Shown: in pieces, positions 19,891 through 28,198 of the stretch
How the letters are laid out: every line of letters starts with the position of its first letter
Numbering within the stretch: the first letter of the stretch is position 1
From: an uncultured Oscillospiraceae bacterium
GTDB lineage: Bacteria; Bacillota; Clostridia; Oscillospirales; Acutalibacteraceae
Assembly: GCA_900554775.1 (NCBI GenBank)
Contig: USIK01000001.1
Span: 1 to 28,328, forward strand
Reading direction: 5' to 3'
Length of the DNA stretch: 28,328 bases
Program-made: the position numbers and the translations under genes
The notes under the pieces: model-generated
Told to the model about the DNA's origin: nothing
The model's database searches: none
What the model saw: the letters and a program-made list of their open reading frames with translations, nothing else

Positions 19891-19911
19891 TGTAGTAAAT
19901 CCCCCTTATTT

Positions 19912-20295
19912 CTAATATCTCAGTACTATATATCTTGGTTCGGCTAAATCTTTGATTTCTTTTGCTATTTTGCAGATTCTGTATACTTTATCAACCGTGT
20001 TTGCAACCACCATAGATGCTGCTAACCCGCCGATTATAACCAAAGGAATGATGGAGTTAGTGCTTGAAGTTGCACCACCAGATATTTCTTCCAAATCTTC
20101 GTCAGAAACCTCGCCTGGTTTGCTTTCAGAAAGTTTTTTGATTGTTGAAATTACAGCTTGCGCCTCTTTTAAGGAAAGGTCAATTTCTTTAGTGGCAAAA
20201 GCTTTTTGCATTTCTTCAGGTGATCTAATGTCTATTATTTTTTCAACGAATTTTATGTCTTTCATTGCTTCTGAAATCATTTTTTCTTTCACCAT
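19912..20295 (-). CDS. Nif11-like double-glycine leader peptide precursor D (53-aa core)
   Basis: Leader ending EVSDEDLEEISGG. Core ATSSTNSIIPLVIIGGLAASMVVA... AAGGAG RBS. Confidence 0.8.
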   Translation of the reverse strand: MVKEKMISEAMKDIKFVEKIIDIRSPEEMQKAFATKEIDLSLKEAQAVISTIKKLSESKPGEVSDEDLEEISGGATSSTNSIIPLVIIGGLAASMVVANTVDKVYRICKIAKEIKDLAEPRYIVLRY

Positions 20296-20750
20296 TTCGT
20301 CAATCTCCTTTCTAATTAAACTTATATCTTAACGATGTTTACCGTAAGCATAATTGTAGCCATCACAAAATCCCCGGCTACGGCCGTCACGATAACCTTT
20401 GTAATATTGGTTATCACTGCCTTTTTTGTTATATTCTTTTGCCATTTCGCAAATTTTATATACTTTATTGACGCTATCACCGACTACTATTGCAGTCATT
20501 AATCCACCAATTACCACAAAAGGAATGATGGAGTTAGTGCTCGAAGTTGCACCGCCAGATATCTCTTCCAAATCCTCGTCAGAAACCTCACCAGATTTGC
20601 TTTCAGAAAGTTTTTTGATTGTTGAAATTACAGCTTGCGCCTCTTCTAAGGAAAGGTCAATTTTTTTAGTGGCAAAAGCTTTTTGCATTTCTTCAGGTGA
20701 TCTAATGTCTATTATTTTTTCAACGAATTTTATGTCTCTCATTGCTTCTG
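20041..20750. repeat. Near-identical ~233-bp direct repeat shared by precursors D and C (20041-20273 and 20518-20750)
   Basis: Alignment by eye at offset 477 shows about 10 mismatches. The repeat covers most of the leader and the first ten core codons. Confidence 0.85.
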
Positions 20751-20772
20751 TAATTTTTTCTTCTTTTTTCAT
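20329..20772 (-). CDS. Nif11-like double-glycine leader peptide precursor C (73-aa core)
   Basis: Leader ending EVSDEDLEEISGG. Core related to D, with an extra Gly/Tyr-rich tail. Confidence 0.8.
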   Translation of the reverse strand: MKKEEKITEAMRDIKFVEKIIDIRSPEEMQKAFATKKIDLSLEEAQAVISTIKKLSESKSGEVSDEDLEEISGGATSSTNSIIPFVVIGGLMTAIVVGDSVNKVYKICEMAKEYNKKGSDNQYYKGYRDGRSRGFCDGYNYAYGKHR

Positions 20773-20815
20773 TGCAGTAACTCCCCCTTTTTTGTTTTTT
20801 AAAGTATATTATTTT

Positions 20816-21151
20816 TTAATTTTCTTCTTTATAAAGTTCGTATGCTCCATTTAAAGTCAAAGCTGCCACCATTGTGCCTAGTGCTGCAGCTGTGGCAATC
20901 GAGATTTTCTCTATTTTTTCTAAATCTATTCCCCCTGCCACTCCTTCTAAATCATCTTCTGAAAGTTCGCCAGATTCACTTTTAGCAAGTTTTTTAATTG
21001 TTGAAATTATAGCTTGCGCCTCTTCCAAAGAAAGCTCGATTTCCTTTTTGGCAAAAGCTTTTTGCATTTCTTCAGGCGATTGAATTTCGATTATTTTCTT
21101 GGCAAATTCCACGTCTTTCATTGCTTCCGAAATCATTTTTTCTTTTTCCAT
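20816..21151 (-). CDS. Nif11-like double-glycine leader peptide precursor B (37-aa core; C-terminus possibly frameshifted)
   Basis: Leader ending ELSEDDLEGVAGG. Core IDLEKIEKISIATAAALGTMVAALTLNGAYELYKEEN. Confidence 0.8.
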   Translation of the reverse strand: MEKEKMISEAMKDVEFAKKIIEIQSPEEMQKAFAKKEIELSLEEAQAIISTIKKLAKSESGELSEDDLEGVAGGIDLEKIEKISIATAAALGTMVAALTLNGAYELYKEEN

Positions 21152-21181
21152 TTCGTTAATCTCCTTTCTTGGCTTTTAGCT

Positions 21182-21628
21182 TTAGTCTTTTGCTAGTTTT
21201 TCTATGATGTCAGCTCCTCCGCTAACTGCTTTTTGATAAAGGCTTGGTTTTGATATTCCCATATTTTTTGCGAATTTGCTGGCTTCTCTGCTAACTGGGT
21301 TTCTGTCTAGCTCATTAGCCACGTCATAACCGTATTTTCCAAGTGCGGCTATTCCTCCAGCTGCAACTATTCCTAGAGCAACTGCGCTAGCAATTTTAAA
21401 GGTGTTGCCCCCGCCGGAGATTTCTTTCAGGTCTTCTTCGCGAAGTTCGGTTGAATTGTTTTTAATCATTCTTTGTATTGTAGAAATGATCACCTTCGCT
21501 TCTTCCAAAGAAATTTCAACGTCTTTGGCAGCAAATGCTTTTTTTACTTCTTCTGGAGATTCCATGTCGATAAGGCTTTTTGCGAATGTTTCGTCTTGAA
21601 CCGCTGCGGTAATTTTTTCGGTTTTCAT
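21182..21628 (-). CDS. Nif11-like double-glycine leader peptide precursor A (75-aa core)
   Basis: Start placed at ATG 21628 (GGAG upstream; gives a 73-aa leader like its paralogs). Leader ends ELREEDLKEISGG. Core has the Gly/Ala-rich hydrophobic segment IASAVALGIVAAGGIAALG. Confidence 0.8.
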   Translation of the reverse strand: MKTEKITAAVQDETFAKSLIDMESPEEVKKAFAAKDVEISLEEAKVIISTIQRMIKNNSTELREEDLKEISGGGNTFKIASAVALGIVAAGGIAALGKYGYDVANELDRNPVSREASKFAKNMGISKPSLYQKAVSGGADIIEKLAKD

Positions 21629-21675
21629 AATTAACTCCACCCTCTTTTATTTTTTGTTCTGGATTATATTTCTAG

Positions 21676-21704
21676 ATTATATACACAATAAAGTAAAATG
21701 TCAA
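21676..21704 (-). promoter_or_regulatory. Perfect-consensus sigma-A promoter for the six-gene peptide array
   Basis: Minus strand reads TTGACA-TTTTACTTTATTGTGTA(17 bp)-TATAAT, 47 bp before the ATG at 21628. Confidence 0.85.
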
Positions 21705-21776
21705 TACCTTTATTCTATAAAATTATGATAAATAAATAATCTCTGACATACAAGTGGTAAATTTTTCAATTTTCTA

Positions 21777-24700
21777 TTAAAAAAACGAAATTTGGTTACT
21801 TTGTGGCAAATCTTTCAGGACTCCTGCGGTTTGAAGAGTTTCGATAACGGCTTTCGTTACTTTTGAGCGGAGCTGAATGTCGTCAATCGAGATGTATTTC
21901 CCTTCAGCTCTTGAATCAACAAGGCTCTGCGCGGCCGATTCGCCTACTCCTGAGAGCGACGAGAAAGGAAGCCTTATTTTACCGTCTTCCATTAAAAATT
22001 TATATGAATCGGATTTATAAAGGTCAACGGGCAGGATTTCCACGCCTCTTGCTAGCATTTCGTTAACAATTTGAAACGTCGAAAAAGCACTTTGTTCCTT
22101 CGCACTGGCCTCTTTGCCTTTGGCGGCTATTTCGGCCATTTTTTTCTTCAGTGCGCTTCTGCCTTTAATTACGGTCAAACCGTCGAAATCTTCGCCTCGA
22201 GCGGTGAAATATGCTGCGTAATATTCCGCGGGTTTGTGAACTTTATACCACCCGAGCCTTAAAGTTGCTATCATGTAAGCCGCAGCGTGAGCTTTCGGGA
22301 ACATATATTTAATTTTCATGCATGAAGAAATGTACCATTCCGGCACGCCGTGCTCGCGCATCGTTTTGAGGTGCTCAGGGGTCAGAAGTTTAGTCGCTTT
22401 GCCCTTTCTCACGATTTCCATGATGCTAAACGCAGTTTTCGGGTCCATGCCTTTGTGCATCAAGTAAACCATTATGTTGTCTCTCGTTCCTATAACTTCT
22501 GAAATCGTGCAGATTCCTTTTTTGATTAAATCGTGCGCATTGCCATTCCAAACGTCTGTTCCGTGGGAAAGGCCTGAAATCTGCAGTAAGTCTGAAAATG
22601 TGGTCGGTTTACATTCTATGAGCATCTGCCTTACGAAATTTGTTCCTACTTCTGGAAGTGAAAATGTTCCTGTGTGGGAGTCAATGTCGACGGGTTTTAC
22701 GCCCAAGGCTTTGGTTGAAGTGAAAAGCGAAATGACTTCTTTGTCGTTCATCGGGACGTCAGTCACTTTGATGCCTGTGTAATCTTCTAGATATTTGTAA
22801 ATCGTCGGGACATCGTGCCCGAGCTCGTCGAGCTTACAGATTGTGTCGTGAATAGCGTGGAAGTCGAAGTGCGTGGTTATGTTGTCGGATTTTTGGTCGT
22901 TTGCCGGCCTTTGAACTGGGCAGAAGTCGTAAATTTCTTTTCCTTTCGGAACAACAACCATTCCGCCGGGGTGTTGGCCTGTCGTGCGTTTGACGCCTGT
23001 GCAGCCGTTTGCAAGCCTCATCATTTCGGCTTTTTTGAGGGTTATTCCTCTCTCTTCTGCGTATTTTTTGGTAAAGCCTATGCCCGTTTTGGTTGCAACC
23101 GTACCGATTGTTCCTGCTTTAAAAACGTTGTCTTTACCGAAGATTGTTTCGGTGTATCTGTGGGCTCTTGATTGATATTCGCCCGAGAAGTTAAGGTCTA
23201 TATCAGGCGTTTTGTCGCCGTCAAAACCAAGGAACGTTTCAAAAGGAATATCGTGCCCGTCTTGGAGGTAATTAGTGCCGCATTTCGGGCATTTTTTCGG
23301 CGGTAAGTCAAAGCCTGAGCCGTAGCTTCCGTCGGTTATGAATTCCGAGTTTTTGCATTTTGGGCACAAATAGTGCGGGACTAGCGGGTTGACCTCCGAG
23401 ATGCCGGAGATCGTTGCCACGAATGAAGAACCTACGGAACCTCTTGAACCAACCAGGTAGCCGTGTTTTTCGGAGTCTGCAACGAGCTTTTGAGCAACCA
23501 TATAAAGCACCGAAAAGCCATGTTTCGTGATGGAACCGAGTTCTTTTTCGAGCCTTTTTGCCACTATTTCGGGCAGTGGATCGCCGTATTTTTCTTTTGC
23601 TCTGGTCATTGTTATGCTGATCAGTTCATCTTGCGCGCTTTCGATAAACGGCGGGAAAACTCCGGGAGGAATAGGGGAAATTTCTTCGATGCTTTCGGCG
23701 ATTTTGTTGGTGTTTTCAACCACGATTTCATAAGCTTTTTCTTTTTCAAGATAAGAAAATTCCTCGAGCATTTCGGCGGTAGTTCTGAAATAAAGCGGCG
23801 CTTGATTGTCAGCATCGTCGTAGCCTTGACCTGCCTGCAGGATTTTCCTGTATTCTGCATGGTGCGGGTCCATGAAGTGCACGTCGCACGTGGCAACGAC
23901 CGGAATATTTAGTTCCTCGCCGAGTTTAATCACGGTTTTGTTGAATTCTTCGAGGTCTTTGCGGGAACTAACCATGCCTTCTCTGAGCATGAATTCATTG
24001 TTCCCCAGCGGCTGAATCTCGAGGTAATCGTAAAATTTTGCAATTTCCAAAAGGTCGTTCCAAGGCCTGCCCGCAACAATAGCCCTGAAAAGCTCCCCTG
24101 CCTCGCAAGCGCTGCCGATTATCAAACCATCCCTGAATTTAATAAGCTCACTTTTGGGGATTCTTGGCTTTTTGTAAAAATATTTAAGATGCGCAAAAGA
24201 AATGAGCTTGTAAAGATTTTTAAGTCCAGTTTGGTTTTTCACGAGGATTATCATGTGGTAAGAATAAGCTTTTTTGGCGTCGGTCGAAGAAAGCGCAGTG
24301 TTGATTTCTGAAATATTTGTGATGTTTTTATCTTTCACCGCAATGTCTATCAAAGCAATGAAAATATGCGCTAAAGCCTTTGCGTCGTCGCAGGCTCTGT
24401 GGTGGTTAAACTCCGGGATTTTTAAAAATTTTGCTACTGTGTCGAGTTTGTAATTTTTAATGCTCATTATTAGTGCTCGGCTCAGAGGAACGGTGTCGAT
24501 GTAGGTAAAATCGAAGTTTAGGCCGTATTTTTCAGCGGTCGCTTTTATGAAAGAAACGTCAAAATTAGCATTATGAGCGACCAAAACCGGGTTTTCGCCG
24601 CAAAATTCTATGAACTTTTCGAGCGCTTCTTTTTCCTCAGGTGCGCCTGTGAGCATTTCGTTTGTTATGCCCGTGAGTTCGGTTGTTTTTTCCGAAATTG

Positions 24701-26072
24701 TCATTTTAGGGTCAACAAAGAGCGAAAATTCATCGAGAATTTCCTTGTTTTTAACTCTAAATGCACCGATTTCAATTATTATATCTTGCTTTGCGTTAAG
24801 GCCTGTGGTTTCAAGGTCGAAGCAGATGAATTCATCTTCGAAAATGCGCTCGTCTATCCCTGTCACGATTGGAAGCATGTCTTTGACGAAATAGGCTTCG
24901 GTTCCATAAAGAATTTTTATTTTATTTTCGCTTGATTTATTTATTTTGTTCGCGCAGTTCATCGCTTCTGGGTAAGCCTGAGCCACGCCGTGGTCGGTTA
25001 TCGCAATGGCGCTGTGGCCCCAAGAATGCGCCCTTTCAATGAGTTCAGTTGCGCTGGTCATGCCATCCATTGAAGACATATTTGTGTGAAGGTGTAGCTC
25101 AACCCTTTTTTTCGGGGCGTTGTCAGCGATTTCATATTTGCTCACGACGTTTATGCTTCTTGGCCTTAAAATAATTTCTTTTTCGTAGGTGTCTTCCGAG
25201 AGGTCGCCTCTTACCAGGATTGTCATGCCGGGTTTTAACTTTTCGATGTAAGAAGCCTGGTTTTTGCTTTCAATGATTTTTAGTATTATCGAGCTTGTGT
25301 AATCGGTTATGTAAATTGAGCAAATTATTTTTTGATTGTCTCTTGTTACTCGGTTGTCAATGAAAAAAACGTCTCCCCAAACTATCGCAGATTTCATCTG
25401 GGAATCTATTTCTCGAATTGGCGTGATTTGCCCCGAAATTTTGTTGCCGTAAACCACTTTTGCGGTTTCAAGGCAAACTTCGGGGGTGTATCTATCGCTT
25501 TTTCTTATTTCTATTTTTTTGGTTTCTATTTCAATTTTTTCTTCTTTTGGTTTTTCTTTTGGCGCTGGAGCATAGTCGGCGATGGCTTCTTTTGCCTTTT
25601 TGTTTTCGGTTTCAATTAATTCTATTTTAATTTCTTTCCCGAATTTTTTTGAGAGGCATTCCGAGATTTTTCTGTCAATTCCTTTGATTGTAAGCAAGGC
25701 TTTGCCTTTGCCGCAAAGAGTGATTTTGGCAGTTTCATCAACTATTTCGGCGGAAAAGTTTTTAAGAGCCTTTAAAGCCGAAGGGAAGCCCTTGGCGCAA
25801 TCTTCGATTAACTTTTGAAGGCTTGGGTCTTCGAGCTTTTCTTTCTTAAGTTGATTTATGGTTATTTCTTTTAACCCAAGCTGGGAATTAAGCAAGGTGC
25901 TTTCTGCTTTTTCCATGTTTTCAGGGAGCAATTTTTCAGGCGAAGATAGGTTAATGGTTAGTTGCAGTTTAAGCTTGTCTACCCTTAAAGATTCAACGGT
26001 GGAACCAAGGATGGACTTGTCTAAACCAACATGAATGTGCTTTTCAAAGAGCTTTTCAAATGTCGTTTTCAA
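21777..26072 (-). CDS. polC: DNA polymerase III PolC-type alpha subunit
   Basis: 1431 aa. PHP motif RVELHLHTNMS, inserted exonuclease FDLETTG/HNANFD, GSRGSVGSS, Zn finger CPKC...CPKC, catalytic KTPDIDLNF, KIKYMFPKAHA. Confidence 0.99.
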   Translation of the reverse strand: MKTTFEKLFEKHIHVGLDKSILGSTVESLRVDKLKLQLTINLSSPEKLLPENMEKAESTLLNSQLGLKEITINQLKKEKLEDPSLQKLIEDCAKGFPSALKALKNFSAEIVDETAKITLCGKGKALLTIKGIDRKISECLSKKFGKEIKIELIETENKKAKEAIADYAPAPKEKPKEEKIEIETKKIEIRKSDRYTPEVCLETAKVVYGNKISGQITPIREIDSQMKSAIVWGDVFFIDNRVTRDNQKIICSIYITDYTSSIILKIIESKNQASYIEKLKPGMTILVRGDLSEDTYEKEIILRPRSINVVSKYEIADNAPKKRVELHLHTNMSSMDGMTSATELIERAHSWGHSAIAITDHGVAQAYPEAMNCANKINKSSENKIKILYGTEAYFVKDMLPIVTGIDERIFEDEFICFDLETTGLNAKQDIIIEIGAFRVKNKEILDEFSLFVDPKMTISEKTTELTGITNEMLTGAPEEKEALEKFIEFCGENPVLVAHNANFDVSFIKATAEKYGLNFDFTYIDTVPLSRALIMSIKNYKLDTVAKFLKIPEFNHHRACDDAKALAHIFIALIDIAVKDKNITNISEINTALSSTDAKKAYSYHMIILVKNQTGLKNLYKLISFAHLKYFYKKPRIPKSELIKFRDGLIIGSACEAGELFRAIVAGRPWNDLLEIAKFYDYLEIQPLGNNEFMLREGMVSSRKDLEEFNKTVIKLGEELNIPVVATCDVHFMDPHHAEYRKILQAGQGYDDADNQAPLYFRTTAEMLEEFSYLEKEKAYEIVVENTNKIAESIEEISPIPPGVFPPFIESAQDELISITMTRAKEKYGDPLPEIVAKRLEKELGSITKHGFSVLYMVAQKLVADSEKHGYLVGSRGSVGSSFVATISGISEVNPLVPHYLCPKCKNSEFITDGSYGSGFDLPPKKCPKCGTNYLQDGHDIPFETFLGFDGDKTPDIDLNFSGEYQSRAHRYTETIFGKDNVFKAGTIGTVATKTGIGFTKKYAEERGITLKKAEMMRLANGCTGVKRTTGQHPGGMVVVPKGKEIYDFCPVQRPANDQKSDNITTHFDFHAIHDTICKLDELGHDVPTIYKYLEDYTGIKVTDVPMNDKEVISLFTSTKALGVKPVDIDSHTGTFSLPEVGTNFVRQMLIECKPTTFSDLLQISGLSHGTDVWNGNAHDLIKKGICTISEVIGTRDNIMVYLMHKGMDPKTAFSIMEIVRKGKATKLLTPEHLKTMREHGVPEWYISSCMKIKYMFPKAHAAAYMIATLRLGWYKVHKPAEYYAAYFTARGEDFDGLTVIKGRSALKKKMAEIAAKGKEASAKEQSAFSTFQIVNEMLARGVEILPVDLYKSDSYKFLMEDGKIRLPFSSLSGVGESAAQSLVDSRAEGKYISIDDIQLRSKVTKAVIETLQTAGVLKDLPQSNQISFF

Positions 26073-26073
26073 T

Positions 26074-27138
26074 TTAATACATTCCTTTTTGGGTTAATTG
26101 GTTTACTTCAAAGATCAGCTCGCTGAGCAAATCTTCTTCTTTAACGGTTTTAATAACCTTGCCTTTTTTGAATATAACTCCCATGCCGTCTGCCCCGGCA
26201 ATTCCGATGTCGGCGTCTTTGGCTTCGCCTGGGCCGTTAACCACGCAGCCCATTATGGCAATTTTGAGGTTGCTTTTATTATTTTCAAGGGCTTTTTCAG
26301 CCTCTTTTGCGAGTTTAATCAGGTTTATGCGGGTTCTTCCGCAAGTTGGGCAGGAAACAAAGCTTATTCCCTTCCTAAGCCCCAGTGATTTAAGAATGTC
26401 AATGCCGCATTTCACTTCTTCGGTGGGGTCTTCTGTGAGCGAAACCCTTATTGTGTCGCCTATTCCATCAAGCAAAAGCGAGCCGATTCCTATGGCGGAC
26501 TTAACCGTGCCCATGTGTTTGGTGCCCGTTTCGGTTATGCCCAAATGGAGAGGATAATCGCATTTTTCAGCCATGATTCTGTAAGCATCCGTGCAGATTT
26601 TAATATCCGAAGACTTAAGCGAAACCACGATATCGTTAAAATCAAAGCTTTCAAGGATTTTTATGTTATCCATGGCGCTTTTAACCATTGCTTCAGCGCG
26701 GTTTTTGTTTTTAACGAGGTATTTTTCGAGCGAACCCGCATTAATGCCCACCCTGATAGGAATATTTCTTTCGCGGCAGGCTTTTGTAATTTCTTTCATG
26801 TGATCTTTTGGGATGTTCCCTGGGTTTATTCTTATTTTGTCAATTCCCGCATGGGCGGATTCAACAGCAAGCTTGTAATCGAAATGAATGTCGGCAACCA
26901 GCGGGATATCAACATTTTCTTTAATTTCACCGATTAATTTCACTGCGCTTAAATCCGGAATTGCAATCCTCAAGACATCGCACCCTGCGGCTTTAAGGCG
27001 TTTAGCCTGCAGGATGCTTTCTTCGATGTTATATGATGGAATGCTAAGCATGGATTGCACGGCGATAGGGTTTTCGCCGCCGATTTTTATTTTCCCTATT
27101 TTTACTTCTTTTGATTTTCTTCTCATTTTCGTCCTCAT
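26074..27138 (-). CDS. ispG: (E)-4-hydroxy-3-methylbut-2-enyl diphosphate synthase
   Basis: PIAVQSM, PLVADIHFD, RINPGN, GIGDTIRVSLT, SCPTCGR, MGCVVNGPGE. Confidence 0.98.
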   Translation of the reverse strand: MRTKMRRKSKEVKIGKIKIGGENPIAVQSMLSIPSYNIEESILQAKRLKAAGCDVLRIAIPDLSAVKLIGEIKENVDIPLVADIHFDYKLAVESAHAGIDKIRINPGNIPKDHMKEITKACRERNIPIRVGINAGSLEKYLVKNKNRAEAMVKSAMDNIKILESFDFNDIVVSLKSSDIKICTDAYRIMAEKCDYPLHLGITETGTKHMGTVKSAIGIGSLLLDGIGDTIRVSLTEDPTEEVKCGIDILKSLGLRKGISFVSCPTCGRTRINLIKLAKEAEKALENNKSNLKIAIMGCVVNGPGEAKDADIGIAGADGMGVIFKKGKVIKTVKEEDLLSELIFEVNQLTQKGMY

Positions 27139-28187
27139 TTAAATATTCGTATTACATCGTGGAAGGTCACTAAGCCTATAAAAATCATAAGCAATATAAG
27201 GCCTATTGTGTGAATCATTCCTTCGTATTTTTCGTTTATTTTTTTGCCTGTTAATTGTTCAAAAAACGCGAAAACAATTCTTCCGCCGTCAAGCGCAGGG
27301 AGCGGCAGCAGGTTCATTACTCCGAGGTTCAGCGCTATGAATCCAACAACTGAAAGCATGTTGTTAATTGCTGCTAAAAGGCTTACTTCAAGCCCTTTTG
27401 AGGTTGCAGAACCTATCATTGAAACCATTCCTACAGGCCCAGTTAATTCTTTTAAACTAAACTTACCGGTAATCATTCCGAGAAAGCTTAAAAATGTTAT
27501 TTGAATGGTTGAAACCATGTCTAAAAATGCTTCTTTAATTACTGTTAAAAAGTTTTTTTGGGTTTTACCGAGTTTAAAATCTACTTTGAGTGCTTTGGTG
27601 CCGTCTTCTTTTTCCAGTTTTTCAAATTCAATGTTTTTAACCTCTGTTTTTTCGCCGTTTCTTCTAACTTTGAAGTCAAAAGAGTTTTTATCTGAGGTTA
27701 AAATCGCGAAGTTAATGTCCTTCGGGGTGAAAACGTGCGTGCCGTTAACTTTAATGATTTCGTCGCCTGCTTGAAGCCCGCAAGTTTGCGAAACGGAGTT
27801 TTCTGCAAACCCCGAAATAGTGGTTGAAACGAAGCTGTTGTTTTGCGCTATTACGATAAGCGTGAAAATAAAGCCAACGATGATATTCATTGTTGCGCCT
27901 GCCGCAAGAACAATTATTCTTTTCCAGGGTTTAATGTTGTTAAACGCGCGGGGGTTACTGCTTGTTTCGTCTTCGCCCTCCATGGCGCAAAAACCGCCGA
28001 AAGGCAATATCCTGATTGAAAAGTTCGTCTCACCTTTTTGAACTGAAAAGATTTTAGGCCCCATTCCAAGCGCAAATTCATTGACTTTTACGCCGAAGGT
28101 TTTAGCCGTGATAAAATGGCCCCATTCGTGAGAAATTATTAAGATTTCAAAGAGTAAGATTCCTATTAACACTAGAAGTATGTTCAT
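27135..28187 (-). CDS. rseP: Site-2 (M50) intramembrane metalloprotease RseP/RasP with PDZ domain
   Basis: HEWGH zinc motif, FALGMGP, NLLPLPALDGG. Lies between dxr and ispG. Confidence 0.95.
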   Translation of the reverse strand: MNILLVLIGILLFEILIISHEWGHFITAKTFGVKVNEFALGMGPKIFSVQKGETNFSIRILPFGGFCAMEGEDETSSNPRAFNNIKPWKRIIVLAAGATMNIIVGFIFTLIVIAQNNSFVSTTISGFAENSVSQTCGLQAGDEIIKVNGTHVFTPKDINFAILTSDKNSFDFKVRRNGEKTEVKNIEFEKLEKEDGTKALKVDFKLGKTQKNFLTVIKEAFLDMVSTIQITFLSFLGMITGKFSLKELTGPVGMVSMIGSATSKGLEVSLLAAINNMLSVVGFIALNLGVMNLLPLPALDGGRIVFAFFEQLTGKKINEKYEGMIHTIGLILLMIFIGLVTFHDVIRIFK

Positions 28188-28198
28188 TTAGATTTGCC

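Noticed and set aside
19346..21599. Several similar Ser-rich plus-strand ORFs (19679, 19952, 20426, 20874, 21402) as a second repeated family or immunity genes
   Set aside because: They mirror the Glu-rich leaders on the opposite strand. The RBSs, promoter and GG motifs are all on the minus strand.
19001..21628. Calling the array a lanthipeptide, proteusin or azole-peptide cluster
   Set aside because: No modifying enzyme is in the window and the cores have 0-2 Cys, so a RiPP class cannot be assigned from this sequence.
16134..21704. Prophage, IS, integron or diversity-generating retroelement as the source of the accessory block
   Set aside because: No integrase, transposase, reverse transcriptase, terminal inverted repeats or tRNA attachment site was seen. 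The C/D repeat differences are not adenine-specific.
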